Positions 63,050 to 64,000 of a DNA stretch of 64,000 nt are shown one piece after another. The stretch lies in contig CM075988.1 of the NCBI GenBank assembly GCA_038087875.1, forward strand, positions 12,774,001 through 12,838,000. The letters are read 5' to 3'. Made by a program: the position numbers and the translations under genes. The notes under the pieces were generated by a model. It made no database searches and was not told where the DNA came from. It worked only from the letters and a program-made list of their open reading frames with translations. The stretch's first letter is position 1. The number at the start of each line of letters is the position of its first letter. Origin of the DNA: Malacoraja senta. Its lineage: Eukaryota.

Positions 63050-64000
63050 TAAGGAGCTGTATGCAGTGTGGTTAATTAATAAAATTAGTTACTCAATGTT
63101 TAAAATCACAATGCTCAGCTCTGAGGATGGTATCATTTCTCTCAGTGCTCAGTAAAGCTTCTTTAGTCTGCATTGAAAACCATTTTCCAAGAGATGAAAT
63201 ATCTCTCTCTGAGATGCGATCAGGAAAGTGTACATTGTGTCAAAGTTTATATGCTTAATCCAAGGATCATAGAAATATACAGCATGGAGACAGATCCACG
63301 CTGAACATAAACTACACATTTAAACTAATCCTTCACTGATCCTACTTTTATTCTGCTGCATTCTCATCAATTTATCCCAGATTCTACCTCTCCACCATAT
63401 ACTAGGGGCTAACCTATCAACCTGTATGTCTTTGGGACATGATGTTCTTCACAGTCAGCAAAAAAAATTGGGTTGCATATTTTGTCTCAGTTTGCCAGTT
63501 GTTGGGTGTTATTTACCAGAATGGTACTCAGCTGTTAACTCTCAGTCTGAAGAAGGGTTTCGACCCACAACAGCACCTATTCCTTTTCTCCAGAGATGCT
63601 GCCTGACCCACTGAGGTTGTTGCGCTTCGGTGTAAACCAGCATCTGCAGTTCATTCCTACACAGTGCAGCACAGGAACATTTCAGCCCAGTTCAGCCCAC
63701 AATGTTTGTTTTGATCATGATGCCGAGGTAAACGGATCTTATCTGCCTGTACAAGATTCATATCCCTCTATTCCTTGCACTTCATCTGCCATTTCTCTGC
63801 CCATTTTTGCAACTGATCTTCATCCTGCTGTATCTCTGACAGCCTTTCTCACTGTGCAACTCATTCAATGTTGGTGTTGTTATCATTCCTGCTCAAAAAC
63901 CCATCTACATTTACGTCCATGCACTGATGGTTTACTGCTCCTCCCCTCATCAAGACCATGCTTTTGTATATGTCTCATTTCACATAACTCAGGTCTGCTC

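Overview
Eukaryotic, repeat-rich DNA. The repeat repertoire (CR1/HER1-type LINEs, HE1-type V-SINEs, Penelope-derived fold-back repeats) points to a cartilaginous fish, probably a skate; this is an inference. The only host coding sequence I can support is a 135-bp internal exon of an IgLON-family cell-adhesion gene (49639-49773, +), so most of the window is probably intronic. The main feature is a degraded ~9.2-kb endogenous retrovirus-like element (32561-41729, +). It has a coiled-coil gag with one CCHC knuckle, pol with PR-RT-degenerate RNase H tether-second RNase H-IN, and an F-glycoprotein-like env, which matches the lokiretrovirus architecture. Its integration is abnormal: the 5' LTR is reduced to about U5 and the element is flanked by an 85-bp target duplication. 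The Gag ATG appears to lie inside a tRNA-Arg PBS, gag and pol are separated by one in-frame TGA, and the LTR has a foamy-virus-like splice donor in R. Other contents are two non-autonomous Helitrons carrying minisatellites, a hAT-like element with a 5-bp TSD and internal palindromes, three Harbinger-type MITEs, and about 20 Penelope-derived repeats carrying a minimal hammerhead-ribozyme motif. All calls were made by eye; boundaries of old repeats are approximate.
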